A stretch of 64,000 bases of DNA from Rhynchobatus australiae. Its lineage: Eukaryota. The position numbers and the translations under genes are program-made. The stretch's first letter is position 1. Every line of letters begins with the position of its first letter. The stretch is from the NCBI GenBank assembly GCA_034780895.1, contig JAUZTB010000075.1, positions 12,974,447-13,038,446 of the forward strand. The letters are read 5' to 3'. This document shows, piece by piece, positions 38,810-52,009 of this stretch. The notes below the pieces were generated by a model, which searched no databases, was not told the DNA's origin, and was given only the letters and a program-made list of their open reading frames with translations.

Positions 38810-39015
38810 ATCAGACTTAACCCACTGGAGGCTTGAGCTATTAATCCAGGCTGATGCTTCAGTGCAATACTGAGAGAGTATTATATGTTTGAGGAGCAAT
38901 TTTCATATTCAGTGTTAAACTGCCTGTCCTATTAGATGGACATAAAAGATACATTAACCATATTTGAAGAACAGGGTGGATCGGCCAGTATCCTGACCAG
39001 AATTTATCTCAAAAA
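38810..39015 (+). mobile_element. Deu-domain SINE (SacSINE1/AmnSINE1-like)
   Basis: cttgagc...atccaggctga...cagtgcaatactgagagagt...gttaaac...tggacataaaagat...tttgaagaacaggg matches the recalled Deu-domain consensus. Confidence 0.65.
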
Positions 39016-39154
39016 CCTTAAATAGGTGATCTGAATTACATTTATTTTGTGTGGAAGTGTTGTCCACAAACTTAATGTTATGTTCCCCATATTTTGTCAG
39101 TAATGCAGATTGTACTAGGCGTTTCTCTGACTGGGGAAGTCTGTAACAAACATA

Positions 39155-40109
39155 CGGGAAGGATTGGTGTTGGGTTCTTTGTTGTTTGTAATATATAAAT
39201 GACTTGGATGAGAATGTAGGTAGTCTGATCAGTAAATTTGCAGATATGAAAATTGGTGGATTTGTAGATAGCAAAGAGGCTTGTCTAAGAATACAGTAGA
39301 ATATAGATCAGCTGGAAAGTTGGGCAGAGCAGTGGTAGATGGAATTTAATATGGACAAGTGTGAAGTAATGCAATTTGCAAAGTCAAATTCTGGTAGGAC
39401 ATATAGAGTAAATGATGAGGACCTCAGGAGTATTGATGTCCAGAGGGACCCAGGGGTGCAAGTCCATAGCTTGTTGAAAGTGGGACACAAGTGGATGTTA
39501 GTGAAGAAGTCATTTGGTATGCTTGCCTTCATCGGCTGAGGCATTGAGTATAAGAGTTGGGACATCACGTTGCAGCTGTCCAAAACAGTGCAGTACTGTG
39601 TACAGTTCTGGTTGCCACACTACAGGAAGGATGTGCTAGCAATAGAGAGAGTGCAGAAGATATTCACCAGTATAGAATGGAGGGCTTTAGTTATAAGAGA
39701 TTGGATAGGTTAGGTTTATTCTCACTGGAACATAGGAAGCTGAGGGATGACCTTATTAGAAGTTTATATGTAAAAAAAAAATGAGGGACATAGATAGGAT
39801 TGATCATCTTTTTTCCAGGGCATGGGACTGTGGGGCACAGGCTTAAGGTGAGAGGGGAGAAATTTAAAGGAGATCTGAGGGGTACGTTTCCTACACAGAA
39901 AGTGATGGTTATCTGGAAAGTGATGGTAATCTAGCTGCCAGAGGAGGTGGTAGAGACAGATACACTTGAAAGGCATTTGGACAGGTTGTCATATAGGGAA
40001 TGTGTAGAGGTATACAGGCCTAATGCAGGCATATGGGATTAGCGCAGATAGGCATCATGGTCAGCATGGTTGAGTTGGGCAGAAAGGGGACGTTTCTGTG
40101 TGGTACAAT
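39155..40109 (+). mobile_element. CR1 LINE ORF2 3' ~0.95 kb, multiple frameshifts
   Basis: Peptides ISKFADMKIG, MEFNMDKCEVMQF, RLDRLGLFSLEHRKLRDDLI, and the CR1 tail. Confidence 0.88.
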
Positions 40110-41174
40110 NNNNNNNNNNGTACAATTCTGATTCTAAACTGTTCAAAGGCATTTTGTTGTCTGCAAGGCCCCTTGGGTATGTTATGTATAGAATCAGAGG
40201 TGGCAGCATGGGCCAGGCATCAACCTTGCATCCTCTCAAACCAAACTATTGTTGTAATATCTTCACCTGCTTGAACGTATTACTTTGAGTCGAGTACAAT
40301 TTAAATTTTTCACGTTTGCATTGAGAGTGCTGCAACTGACTTTGTCACAGCTTTACACATCTCTCATCCATTCTAAGCTAACATTCTTTTCTGGCAGTAT
40401 AATTTCACTCAGCAGTCAAATCTACTTTGAAATAATCCATGCATTAAATTATTTTATAAAAGTTATTTTATAAAGGCTTTTCTAAAGCCTTCCCTTTGCC
40501 CACTGCCATTATTACATCTTCCAGAGCAGGTGTCTGATATTTATGTGCTGTTTAAAAATAACTATCATGCATCTTTGGAAAAACACATAATTTGGAACAC
40601 AAGCCTTTTATTTAACTGACACCAGCTTCTATATGTATGATACAGTCCTTGGCNNNNNNNNNNNNNNNNNNNNNNNNNNNNNNNNNNNNNNNNNNNNNNN
40701 NNNNNNNNNNNNNNNNNNNNNNNNNNNNNNNNNNNNNNNNNNNNNNNNNNNNNCAGCTTCTATATGTATGATACAGTCCTTGGCCCAAATTTATTTTGGA
40801 AAATGCTCACTTGGAACACAGCTTCCAGTGGAGCTGCTGTTGCAGTACCACAGGAGGATGTAACTATATTATGTTTCAATTTACAAAGGAAAGCTTGCAT
40901 TGTAAAAATAAATCTATAAGGGCAATATAAGGAAATACTGAATCTGTGGCTCTATTTTGTAAAGAAAAAGACGAGTTATTTCTGCAAGTATTGTTATCTC
41001 CCACTGTCTAACCTCAAGAATATAAATGTGCCCTTGAATAATGCCACAGCAGGCCAACTAAAACCTATAGATATTTGCACAGCCTTTTTCACTCATGTAT
41101 ATTCTGCTGTCTTTAAACCTGTGTTGTAAAATCCTGTGCCTCCTGACATAAATCAATTTGTGTTACCCTTCCAG

Positions 41175-41269
41175 GTGGTCATTCTAGAAACAACAGTGGG
41201 AGCTCTGAATCCAGTCTTCCCAACTTAGCTAGGTCTTTACTGCTTGTGGATCAGCTGATAGACCTGTAG
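41175..41269 (+). CDS. AAK1: AAK1 canonical last coding exon: [30 protein letters not shown]
   Basis: ttccag| acceptor, phase 1, TAG at 41267-41269. Near-identical to the recalled human AAK1 C-terminus. Confidence 0.96.
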
Positions 41270-43304
41270 GATGACCCAGCAAGCACGTTAAGTTCAGCAG
41301 CCCTCTGCACCGGCATTTTCATCTCCCTCTGGATTTCCCATTCAACCTGTGACAAGGTTTCACTGACTGAGGAAATAAGTTATATTTTCATTTTGCTATC
41401 TTACCATTGTGTCCTATCTAATGAGCATGACTTGACAATTTTTCCATCTTTGAAATTGATATAATTTTGCCATTTTCAGCAAAACTAGTCTTTTTTTAAG
41501 ACTGTGTCCTTTTCAAAGTAAATTGTGAAAACCTAGAAAGGATAGATGGGCACTAATTTAATTTAAAGAGTGTACAAAACTGAAACAAACAATTGTGGTT
41601 TATTTCCTAGTCCCAACTTTTAAACAAAATGGATTTTGTTTTCTCATACTATTAAATCAATCTCTGTGGAAAAATTAGTGGGGTATGCAATGGGAAAGAT
41701 CATTAGGTCTTTTAGGAATGCTTTCCATTAACAAGTCAAGTCAGTGAAGGCATTGTTGGATACAGGAATGTGATNNNNNNNNNNNNNNNNNNNNNNNNNN
41801 AGTCTTGAGCAATATATGTTGAAAACTAACAGTGTTAGAGTGAGGGATTAATGTGCAATCACTAATTTCAGTATACTATTGACTGTGTCCTTGCTTTGGT
41901 GAAATTATTAGGCACTTGACACTATTAGTCCTTCCGCAGACAAGATCTGTGGATTTAGTTAGATTGAAAAACCTTGAAATGTATTGATCCTGTTTAACGT
42001 GGAAGTAGCTATGGTATGGGCAAATCTGGATTTGATGGATGTTGAAATTCTCTGAAAGTCCAATCTACCCATCCTTGTATTATAGAGAAAGATTACAATC
42101 AACACAGCCTCACTGAGGAAGTTGAAAACAGTTTCTGATGCAATTTTTAAGAAGTATAACAAAGGGCCATCAAATAGGGATTTTTGATGCAGTTGTGGAA
42201 GTTGATATCTGCAGTGTGCATTGGCATGATGTGAAATTTGGATCCAAATAATCCCCCAGTGGAGCCTATTTCTTAACATCATTCAGAATCTTATGAAGAA
42301 ATAGGATTTTTAAATCATTCATAATAGGCAAGAATTTTGGTTCCAACCTTTCTTCCTTGCACTCTTATCTCCAATGGCATGTAGTTTTGTAACATGCATG
42401 GAGTATTCTAAACCTCTTTCTGCAATTGTGACATCCTTGGTCTTCCCTTTCATCAAGTATAGTTCAGATTTTTGGCCGCCTTTGAAGTTGCATTGATTTG
42501 AAGCTAGCCAGCTTTATATTTTAACAATATGTTACTATGTGATTCTTTAAGTTAAGTGGTTTGAAATCAGGCATTATCAGAAAATAACCATACCTTCCAC
42601 TGAATTAAGACTTATTTGCACTGTAATCCAAAAGTGATATGACCTTCTTGTAATTTTTGACACATATTCAATATGTGACTGATCAAATTCACTATGAATT
42701 ATTTGGTTGTGATAAATTGCCCAATTTCTTTCCTGATTACTCACTCACTTTGGAGAGTAGTGTGATGCCACTTTAATTTTGGAGGCTCTTTTGTGGAAGA
42801 TGGTTGGTGTGGTAACTCTAGAGTTTTCAACTGGCAGCCACCAGAGCAGTGAGACTAGATTTCCACACTTCACCTGCTTCTATAATCTGGACACAGATTG
42901 GACTGCTTCTGGAGATCTTTGATTTGGTGTTAACTGTACCTTCACATCAGACAATGTATACTTCTCTCCACGATCTTTTCTCCAGCTCTGATTTTATGAA
43001 CTGGAAGAATTAGAGTTAAAACAGTTCAAGGCGTAATCAGGAAATAATGAAAGATGTGAAACAGAACACAAGTAACAAACTTTTTTTTGAAAATGTTAAC
43101 CAAGGCCTTTAAAGATAGTTTGCATCAAAAGCTTTAAGAACTGGTTATCTGGAGAGAAAAATAGTGATTTGAGATAAAAATGTGAATGGAACTGATAAAA
43201 AAGCAATAAGATTGAAGTAAAAAGAAAGTTAACTTAAAACTGTGATTTTTGAAGAAAAATACAAGGAATGAAATTTAATTTTGGGCAGAACCTGCAGATT
43301 ATTT

Positions 43305-43480
43305 AGACACACGAGACTGCAGATGCTGGAATCTGAAGCAACAAACTATCTGCTGGAGGAACACAACAGGATGAGCAGCATCTGTTTGGGGGGATGGTGA
43401 GAGGTGTAGAACGCAGAAGGAATTGTCAATGTTTTGGGCCAAAATCCTACATCAGGACCTGAATCCTGAGTTCTTCCAGC
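43305..43480. mobile_element. Penelope-like relic with a minus-strand hammerhead-like core
   Basis: acacacgagactgcagatgctggaatctg...tctgctggaggaac...gcagcatctgt; same family as 27690. Confidence 0.55.
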
Positions 43481-43609
43481 CGATTATGGAGCAGATTCGA
43501 TGGGCTGAATGGCCTACTTCTGCCCCTTTGTCTTGTGATCTTGTGATTGTTCGTTGCTGCAGATAACTTGTTCATGAACAGCAATACTCTTGGTATTTCA
43601 ATCAAATAT

Positions 43610-44430
43610 TACAGAATCACAGAATGGTTACAATGTGGCAGGAGATTATATGACCTGTCAAGCCCATACAGGTTCTATGCAAGAACAGTTCAGCAGGTCT
43701 CATTTTCCCACCTTCTCCCCACAACCCTCCAAATTCACTGTAGATACTAATCCGGCTCCCTTTTGAATTCTACACTTGAATTTTCTTCCACTACCAGGTA
43801 ATGCATTCCAAATCCTAACAACATGCTGTGTATTTTTTTTAAATCTTCATGTCACTTTTGATTTTCTTTGACAATCACCTTCATTTCATGTTCCCTAGTT
43901 TTTGATCCTTCTACCAATGAGAACTGTTTCTTTTCCTTGATTCTGTCTACATCCTTCGTGATTTTAGTTACCTGCTGAGTAACCTCTCCTGTTTCAAAAA
44001 GACAACCCCATCTTGACCACTCTGGCCATATAGTTAATGTCTTTCATCTCTGGAATCATTTTAGTTAATCTTTTCTGCACCCTTTCTGAAGCTTTCACAC
44101 CTGGCATCCCAAACCAAAAACAGTTGTGGCCACACTGGTATTTTGCAAAGGCTCATTATGGCTTCCTTGTTCTTGGAGTCCATTGCCTTTGTTTATAAGG
44201 TGTGTGATCTCGTGTGTTTTATTTACCACCTCCTCAACCTGTCCTGCTGTTTTCAGTGAAATAGGCACATTATATCCCCAGATATCTCTGTTTTTGTACC
44301 ATTTTAGAATTGTGCACTCCAGTGTATACTGCCTCCTCTCCTCCTTTCTACTAAAATGTAACAATTCACATTTCTCGACATTTGAGTTCCTCTGCCACCC
44401 ATTTGCACATCCTACCAGCCTGTCTAATCT
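43610..44430 (-). mobile_element. Degenerate CR1 LINE ORF2 3' part
   Basis: Minus-strand peptide LQRLDRLVGCANGWQRNSNVEKCELLHF. Confidence 0.78.
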
Positions 44431-45861
44431 TTGCAGTAGTGTAGGGGAAATTATGTTGAAAGCCAAAGATGAATGGAAAAGCATGAAGAGGGGTTGCATT
44501 ACTGAAGTTGGTGTTTGGAAGACTGAACAGGTGATCAACTTGAAACATCTAACGTAATAATGGAATCTAATAGTCAGTAGTCAAAAGCAATCAAGTTCCC
44601 GGTTTCCTTGTGTTCTACCTCACTGGCCTCCACTTTCAAAAGATCATGATTTTGTAACCTCCAGTATGATGTCACTGCTAAATAGACTTCGGTATGGAAG
44701 AGCTGAAACCTTTTTCCTCTCCATGTACACTACTTGATCTGATGAATATTTCTACCATCCTCTGTTTTTATGTGAGGTTTGGAAGTACGTGACTTTTTAA
44801 AAAAATTTTGTCCTTGACCTTATTAGTACTTAACGTGCCCACCCATCCTGGCTCAAACCTGAGAAAGAACATGGTTTTGGAGTGTTCAGGGCCCACACTG
44901 ATGACTTAGTCTTGATGTTTGTACAGATCACCCACACTTAGCTGTAGAGCACAATAAGTAGTTGAAGTGAAAGAATGCTGTGGTGGTCGGTTCCCAGTGC
45001 AATGCTTCAGTTTTGTCCTTGGAGTCATGGCTCACCCAGTGGGATTATTCTCAAGGCCACTGATTTAAACTTATGAATGTTGCAACCCTATATACCAACA
45101 GGAATCAGCTGTAATAAAGGGAATGACTTTTTGGTCACTAAAAATCAGGAACTCCAATAAATGGATGGAATTGCAGAATTCAATAGCTCAAATCCCCAGA
45201 ATTTGAGAATTCTGTTTGATAAATTTAATATAGTCTGATGCAGTAAATTAGTGTATTTGATTATATTTGCATTAGTGACTTCTGTCAACAAATTTTATGG
45301 TTGAAGCAAGACAGTAAATGAATGTGTGAAAACAATATTTCAGTTGTATCCAGTCTACTTAATGACTCTCAACATCTCGGCAAATTTAAATTTAGAGAAG
45401 TGACCTCTTGTTGGCTGCTTTAAATGTGCAAGAAATGACAGATTAGCTGACCTCAACACATCCACAGTATTGAATAATGAAAATGTCAGTGATGAGACTG
45501 TTTTTCATTTGCCAATAAATATACTTCAAAGTTGGATTTCTGTCAGCAATTTAGTGTAATATGAAATGGCATTATGAAATGGAATTCTGTATTTGGTTCA
45601 TGAATCCGTCCAGAAACTGAAAAATTGAAAAGGTGGATGAGTGTTTAGAGGAAAAAAAAATCCCCCTTAAATTTATCTTGTTTATATTCTGTATCTTGAG
45701 CGTGAAAGGTAGGTACATCTGTACTGAGTATTTAAAGTAACATAAGCTCTTGCATTGTTTGCATTTGCAGTCACTTCTTTATTTGTTGCAAACATTCAAT
45801 ACTCTGTGCAAATAACATGTGTATCATTTCCTCGCAACTCCTTTCAGTAGAATTTCATGTA

Positions 45862-46281
45862 CAGGCTGTCCCCTGGTTAAGAACGCCTGACTTATTGCCA
45901 TCCCAACCTATGAAAGGACTCCCATNNNNNNNNNNNNNNNNNNNNNNNNNNNNNNNNNNNNNNNNNNNNNNNNNNNNNNNNNNNNNNNNNNNNNNNNNNN
46001 NNNNNNNNNNNNNNNNNNNNNNNNNGCCATCCCAACCTATGAAAGGACTCCCATAATATTAAATTCAAAAGTCCTTCATACATACATGCATTCATTCCTA
46101 CAAATGGCAGAACTAGTTTCCTCTCTTATCAGTCTTAACTGCTTTAGATGTCACTCATTACAATACTGTGGAGGTACAGTTACCATATTGAGTGACGTTT
46201 GTGTATTTGCCGACTTATGCACAAAATCGACTAATGGACATCTATAAAAGCGGAACCTGTTCATTACCCCAGGATAGCCTG
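45862..46281. mobile_element. Tigger/pogo-like MITE (non-autonomous DNA transposon)
   Basis: TA|caggctgtcccctggttaagaac ... gttcattaccccaggatagcctg|TA: 23-bp TIRs matching at 17/23 positions, with TA target duplication. Confidence 0.75.
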
Positions 46282-49009
46282 TAGTGGTAATGCTCTGAGA
46301 TAACCTAACTAAGCATGACGTTACATTTATCGAGGCCAAATGTTATTTGCCTTTCTGTGATCTAGTAAAGTGGTGAGCTTCATCCCTTTGTTTTAGCTTT
46401 TGTCCCTCCTACTATCTCAAACTTCTGAGATTTACTGATCATATTGGGACTGATCCCTGAAGGACATCACCATTATGTTTGACGATTTCAGCCATTTCCT
46501 AAATCAGCATAACAAATCCCAACTCTTTCACCAAGGATTCAGCTAATGAAATAACCTAAAGTGTGAGGCTTCATCTCAGTGCAATAATATATTACCAGAT
46601 TTTGCTCATGAAGTAAACAAACTACTTCTTTAAGATATAATTTGTGTTGATAAGACAAAACCTTTTCCAGAAGCATCTCTAACGGCTTCCTCTCTTCGCA
46701 AATAATTCACCGGCATCTCTTAAGTTTGCCCATTGGTCCTGTAGTATAAGAATATTTACGTGTCTTGTGTAAGAATGATGAAGGAAATGGGTTTTTCCTG
46801 ATGTTCTTGTCAAGACCAAGTTAGCCAATGTCATGGCAGGAGTTCCTATTAACCATCTCCATTTGCCTATGTATTGTACACTGCATATAATACACATAGT
46901 GTATTGATCTATCATTGGGAAAGAACAGATAAGTGGTGTGTTCATGAATGGTATACTCTACATGTGCGCTGTTCGTGCCAGTTTGAAATCCAAAATAAAT
47001 TTAGCATTGAATATCCCATCTGGCATATGTATGACATCCTCTCCAATATCTGCTCCTTTTTTTCTGTATCGGATTTTAATGATTCTACTAGTATAGCAGT
47101 TGCCTCTTTCAACTGTCCTTATCACCCACCTCTTTACACTGCCTCCTCCCAGGCTATTGGATGACTCTGAAATATATATCAATTATACAGTGCAAGTTGT
47201 GAATATATTTTCAGCATTTGTGAGTAGTGAAGTAAGATGTATCAAAAATTATAAACTCTATGCTATAAATTTACATCCTAAATTCACTTTGATGCATTCT
47301 GCTATTTCAGACTTTTCAGAATTAATTTCTGCACCACTTTCTTCATACCAATTGTAAATATATGGTGTTTTCTGTCTGTCAAATCTTAATTAGTTTATTA
47401 AAAAAAAAGTAGTATGCAAAAAAATTAATGGTCAAAATTGGACATTACAAAGAAAATGTACTTTAAGTTTAACAGTGTCTCATGTAATTTGAACCATGCT
47501 TTGACAGGGAAGATGATGTAGCTGAAATCTGTGAAAATGACTTCCAACCTTTACACTTAATGCTGATTTTGCAAGACAACAGGTTCAAAGCCTGTTTGCC
47601 CTTGCAGTGCACCAAATGCTGCATTTGTCAGATCAGGCCGGTAATACCAATACGCGTTGATGTACAGCACTGCTGCACAATATGCCTGCTGATCTGTGTA
47701 GTGGCACTGTTAAAATAAGTGATAATGGATTTTATCCACAATGTGTTATGTGGAACAAAGGCTTGCATTGGCCTTGTTGCTGTCCTGACGTAAATGGATT
47801 TTCCTCCTGGCCTCACTGTTGTGGGCTGCAGCCAAATCACCCTGGCCATCCAACTGCTGTCAGTCCGAATATCCCATGTGCCAAACGCTGCCACTGCAAG
47901 GGTAAATTTGTTAAGAAAATTCTCAACCATGAACCAGTGCTTACATATTTCTATTTCCTCCTATGCAATGCATTGCATTTCACCAACTCCCTTTCCCAGC
48001 AACAGAGGACAAGCTGAAAAGGAAACAGGGTGTTGCTCAAAATCTCACTGTTGGCAGGTCCACAGAGCAACGCTGATATTGGCGCACCCCTGAGCTCCTA
48101 CCAGCTGGCACACTAAATTCCAAAGCAGCCCACCACATTGAAATGACAGGAACTTGGAGATCAAAATATATATCAATGGAAAGTATGTTGTACATTTGTT
48201 CTGTTTTAATATGAAAAGCCTCCTGCTGGAGATCATTCCCGTAATGAAAAATTCCTGAAGAATGAGTTTCTAATGTAACAGTATCCAGATAGCTTTGTTC
48301 TATAGCTATTTGGTGCATTTTTTTTCAGTTCAGAATACAAGCTTGTACCATTTCATGTTTGTATTATTTTGTTTCAATGATTAATGAATTTCCTGCTATG
48401 ATTATTTACATTCCTTCAAACACTGCGCAAAGCTGCATTTTTCTTGTTACCAATAATGTCGGTCTTGTTGTAACCTCAAGTCTTATCTTTGTAACCTGTA
48501 CTTAACTCCTTGTTCCTTTTGCTTCCAACAGAACTAATTCTGCTTTTCCGTTTCCCAATTGAGATAATGTACATTTGAACTGCCTGTAAAAATGCTGTCT
48601 CTTCACTCTGGGGTTGATGCGTCACCAACCTATGCAACCTGTGTTACTGTCGTTTCTAATCATTGTGGGTTAACAAGTAGGTTTCTTAAAGATCAGTCTT
48701 TTTTCCCTTTTTGGTTTTATATTCATACAAGTAAAAATATACAATTGTGAGTTGTTATTCCAGCTGCAGTATTGTGCAATTCTAGTGTAATGTGATGTCT
48801 GTTGTTACAAGCACTTTTCAAAACCTAAACCAAGGGAGGTGCTGTGGTTTAATTAAATTTTAAAAAATGGTTTCATTTAAAGGGTCTACCAAGATCAGTG
48901 CAAGAACCAACTCTACACTGGTTTTGTAACAAAACTAGGGCAGCAATTATATAACTGCTTCAAGAGGCTTTGATTTGCTTTGATTTTACTGTGATTTTCA
49001 AAGCTTCAG

Positions 49010-49011
<2 letters not shown>

Positions 49012-49051
<40 letters not shown>
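49012..49051. repeat. (TC)20 microsatellite
   Basis: Direct reading. Confidence 0.95.
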
Positions 49052-49057
<6 letters not shown>

Positions 49058-49660
49058 TCTCACACTCACATGCACTCATGCATAGAGGCTATGTGTTCTA
49101 TTTCACTCCCCACGAATGCTGCTTCTGTAATCTCCAATTCAGGCATTTAGAGTGCACCTTATTTGGTTATCTTTTTTTTTCCCCCTCTGGGGATTTGTTT
49201 CTGTTTTAATGCTTCCTAAGTGTGTAAGCTATCACACACATGGTGTGACACTGCCAGGCAAAATCCCCATCCTGTGTTAAGTATATTTTCAGAAGTAGCG
49301 GAGGCGCAACTGCGTAATATGTGATCTCACCCCCACCCCTCCCAACTTCTCAGATTCCATCGTGGCCTTCTGGCCAAGACTCAATTTTGCTGTAAAAACT
49401 GAAGGCTTGTGTAAACCCCCTAAAGGAGAGATGCTCCAGCTTCTAGTTTCTGCAATCAGAACACATATTGGCATGCTTTTTAGTAGTTTGCATTAAATGG
49501 TGCAGGAGAGTGAATGTTTGCAGCATTATTGAGCAGAGTAAAGCTACAAATCAAAGCAGAGTATTTTTGTACAGATTCTAGTGTCTAAAGGGGGGTCTTG
49601 CTGATGACGACGTTGTATCTATACTTCACATTGTAATGTATCCAAGTGATTCATTTTCCC

Positions 49661-49740
49661 AATAAATAATGTTTTGATGCATATATCTTAAAATAAATCT
49701 TGTATCGTGTTTTAATCTCCTTTCTTGATTATCTTTGCTG
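49661..49740 (+). promoter_or_regulatory. Candidate polyadenylation site for the proximal (canonical) last exon
   Basis: AATAAA at 49661 and 49692, upstream TGTA motifs, downstream GT/T-rich tract. Confidence 0.4.
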
Positions 49741-49949
49741 ATGCCCCCAGCTGCTGAAGTTCCTCGGTAATGAGCTTGTATATGTGCCTCTGTTCATCTG
49801 TTCAACTTCTGGGATGAGCTAGCCTTGAAGTGGCAATAGAGTTGAACTATTGAAGCTGACATAAGAAGCAATAGATTCATTTCAATCACTTGGGTTGAGA
49901 AAAATAAAAACCTGGTACTTGATGATGCAGAATTGAAGGGGTTCTTTGG

Positions 49950-50160
49950 TAATTGGTTTATTATTATCACCTGTACTGAGGTACAGTGAAAAGCTTTTCT
50001 TTGCATGCCATCCAGGCAGATCATTCTATAAGTAAGTACGTAGAGGTATACAAAAGGAAAACAAAACAGAATGCAGAATATAGTGTTACAGTTACAGAGA
50101 AAGTGCAGTGCAGGCAGACAAAGTGCAAGGGCCATGACGAGGTAGACTGAGAGATCTAGA
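49950..50160 (-). mobile_element. Rex1/L2-like LINE 3' UTR fragment
   Basis: Homologous to 28575-28755 (aattggtttattatt...ggtacagtgaaaagct...ttacagttacagagaaagtgcag). Confidence 0.75.
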
Positions 50161-52009
50161 GTGCACGTGCATCACGCTGGTCTAGTCAACAATAAGTGCT
50201 TTGATTTACACCTGAACTGCAGCTGGCCCCTGACCTGGTTTAAGTGCAAACCAGAACTATGTTCCTGGTACAGAACAAACTGCAATTACAGTCAAAACAC
50301 AGCTAAAGCTATCTTGAGCACACACAGATTTGGCAGATCAGGGCACAGTTCTGAGAACCAGCTTTGAGTCTGGAAAGATGAGTTAAATGTTTCTTCATTA
50401 CTTGCAATAGTCCCTCAGAAGAAATGGACCAGGCATCTCACCCAGTTTCCAAATGCCTTTGTGTCACAACACAAAGCTTAGAGTGATAGACAATTCCATT
50501 TAGAGGCTGGTCTGGAATGGGTAGAAATGTCACAGTCGTGCAGTTCTTGGTATCCCCTTGATGGTGGAGTTAAACGCCACCAGGATCAAAAGAGATAAGT
50601 TTTATTTTGAATTTTAGCAGTGTTGATTGAAGGTGGCTGACACAGGGCAAACTAGGTAAGGGAGATGTGGCCACAAGAGGGAAACTGGAAGCTTTATGAC
50701 TCACATGACCTTAACTTTTGAATTCTGCAGAAATTTAATCAAGAGAATTGTTTTACTTTTAAACAGGCAAAAGTGTGCTTTTCAGCTTTACTGATGTAAA
50801 TGCATGATGGAATTTGGGGCATGAATGATATTGGGAAAATCATGTTACAAAATCAAAAGGGGAGAAATTAAGCTAAGAACTAAATAATTTGTTTCTAAGC
50901 TGTACTAAACTGTGTCTGAACTTTTCTGCAAATGCAACTGGAAGTTGGCAGAAATGACATTTAAAACATAATGATACTTCTGCTAAGGTAAGATTTTTTT
51001 AAGTGCTTTTCTAGAGCCTTAATACATAAAAATTAATCCCATTTGCTGCATCTTAGATTGATGATTCTGATTCCTGTAAGACCAGTTATTTTTGTGGCAT
51101 TTATGATTACCTTTTAGTCATTCTTCGCTGTTTATATCTGTTGCAGCTGATGCAATGAATCAGCATTTGGTGAGATTTATATTTTAAGAGTTCAATACAT
51201 GGATTAAGTCTGTAATCTTGAATTTTAATTTAAATCCACAAGCCGAAGGGTTTTTACACTAAGAATGCAAACTGCCAGTAATGTTACTTGGGATTTAACG
51301 TTTTGTGCATACTGAAATGTGACATTCAGTAGCACCATAGAACTTTAAGGAGCAATGGACTTGTGTATAATGTTCTAAACCTTTTAATGTCTTGTTGGAA
51401 GATTCAGTATTCATTGCACATTGGGCATGAATCTGCATGCGTTATGAGCTGTCTATATCAATCCATGTGATGTGAAACTGCTTTCATTTGTATATTTTCA
51501 TAGAAATAGCAGCTTCCACAATTAAGATATGCAATGAATAAAATTATATCCCAATAGGGAGCAATTTCCAATTGACCTGGTTTGTATGGGTAATAAAACG
51601 CTTGTAAAGTTTAAGAGCTACAGGACTGATGAGGCAAATTGGCATTTCATTTTTTTAAAAAAAAGTGCGAGGTGTAATTGGTAAAATTAAACATGCTGAT
51701 TTCATGTTGTGAAAAACTAAATTTAAAGCATTTTCACCACATGTCAGCATTAAGTGGATGCAATGAGAACAGCAAATGCTGGAAATGCAGAGCAGCTCTG
51801 CCAGCATCAAAGAGAAAGTAATTTGCTGTTTCAAATGCCAATGCCCTATCAGCCTTGCTTCACAGACTACAACTGAAACGTTAACCAGTCACCTCCCAAC
51901 TTCCACTTACAATACCTGCCAGGTTCAACCTTGGGTGATAACCACTTGTGTATTTCAAGAATTCTCTTTCAGACTTCCAGCATTCACTTTCCTTTTCATC
52001 TGGACCTGA

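Noticed and set aside
47628-48318. Several overlapping 60-110 aa ORFs on both strands
   Set aside because: No recognisable protein and no phase-compatible splice sites; more consistent with UTR or intron
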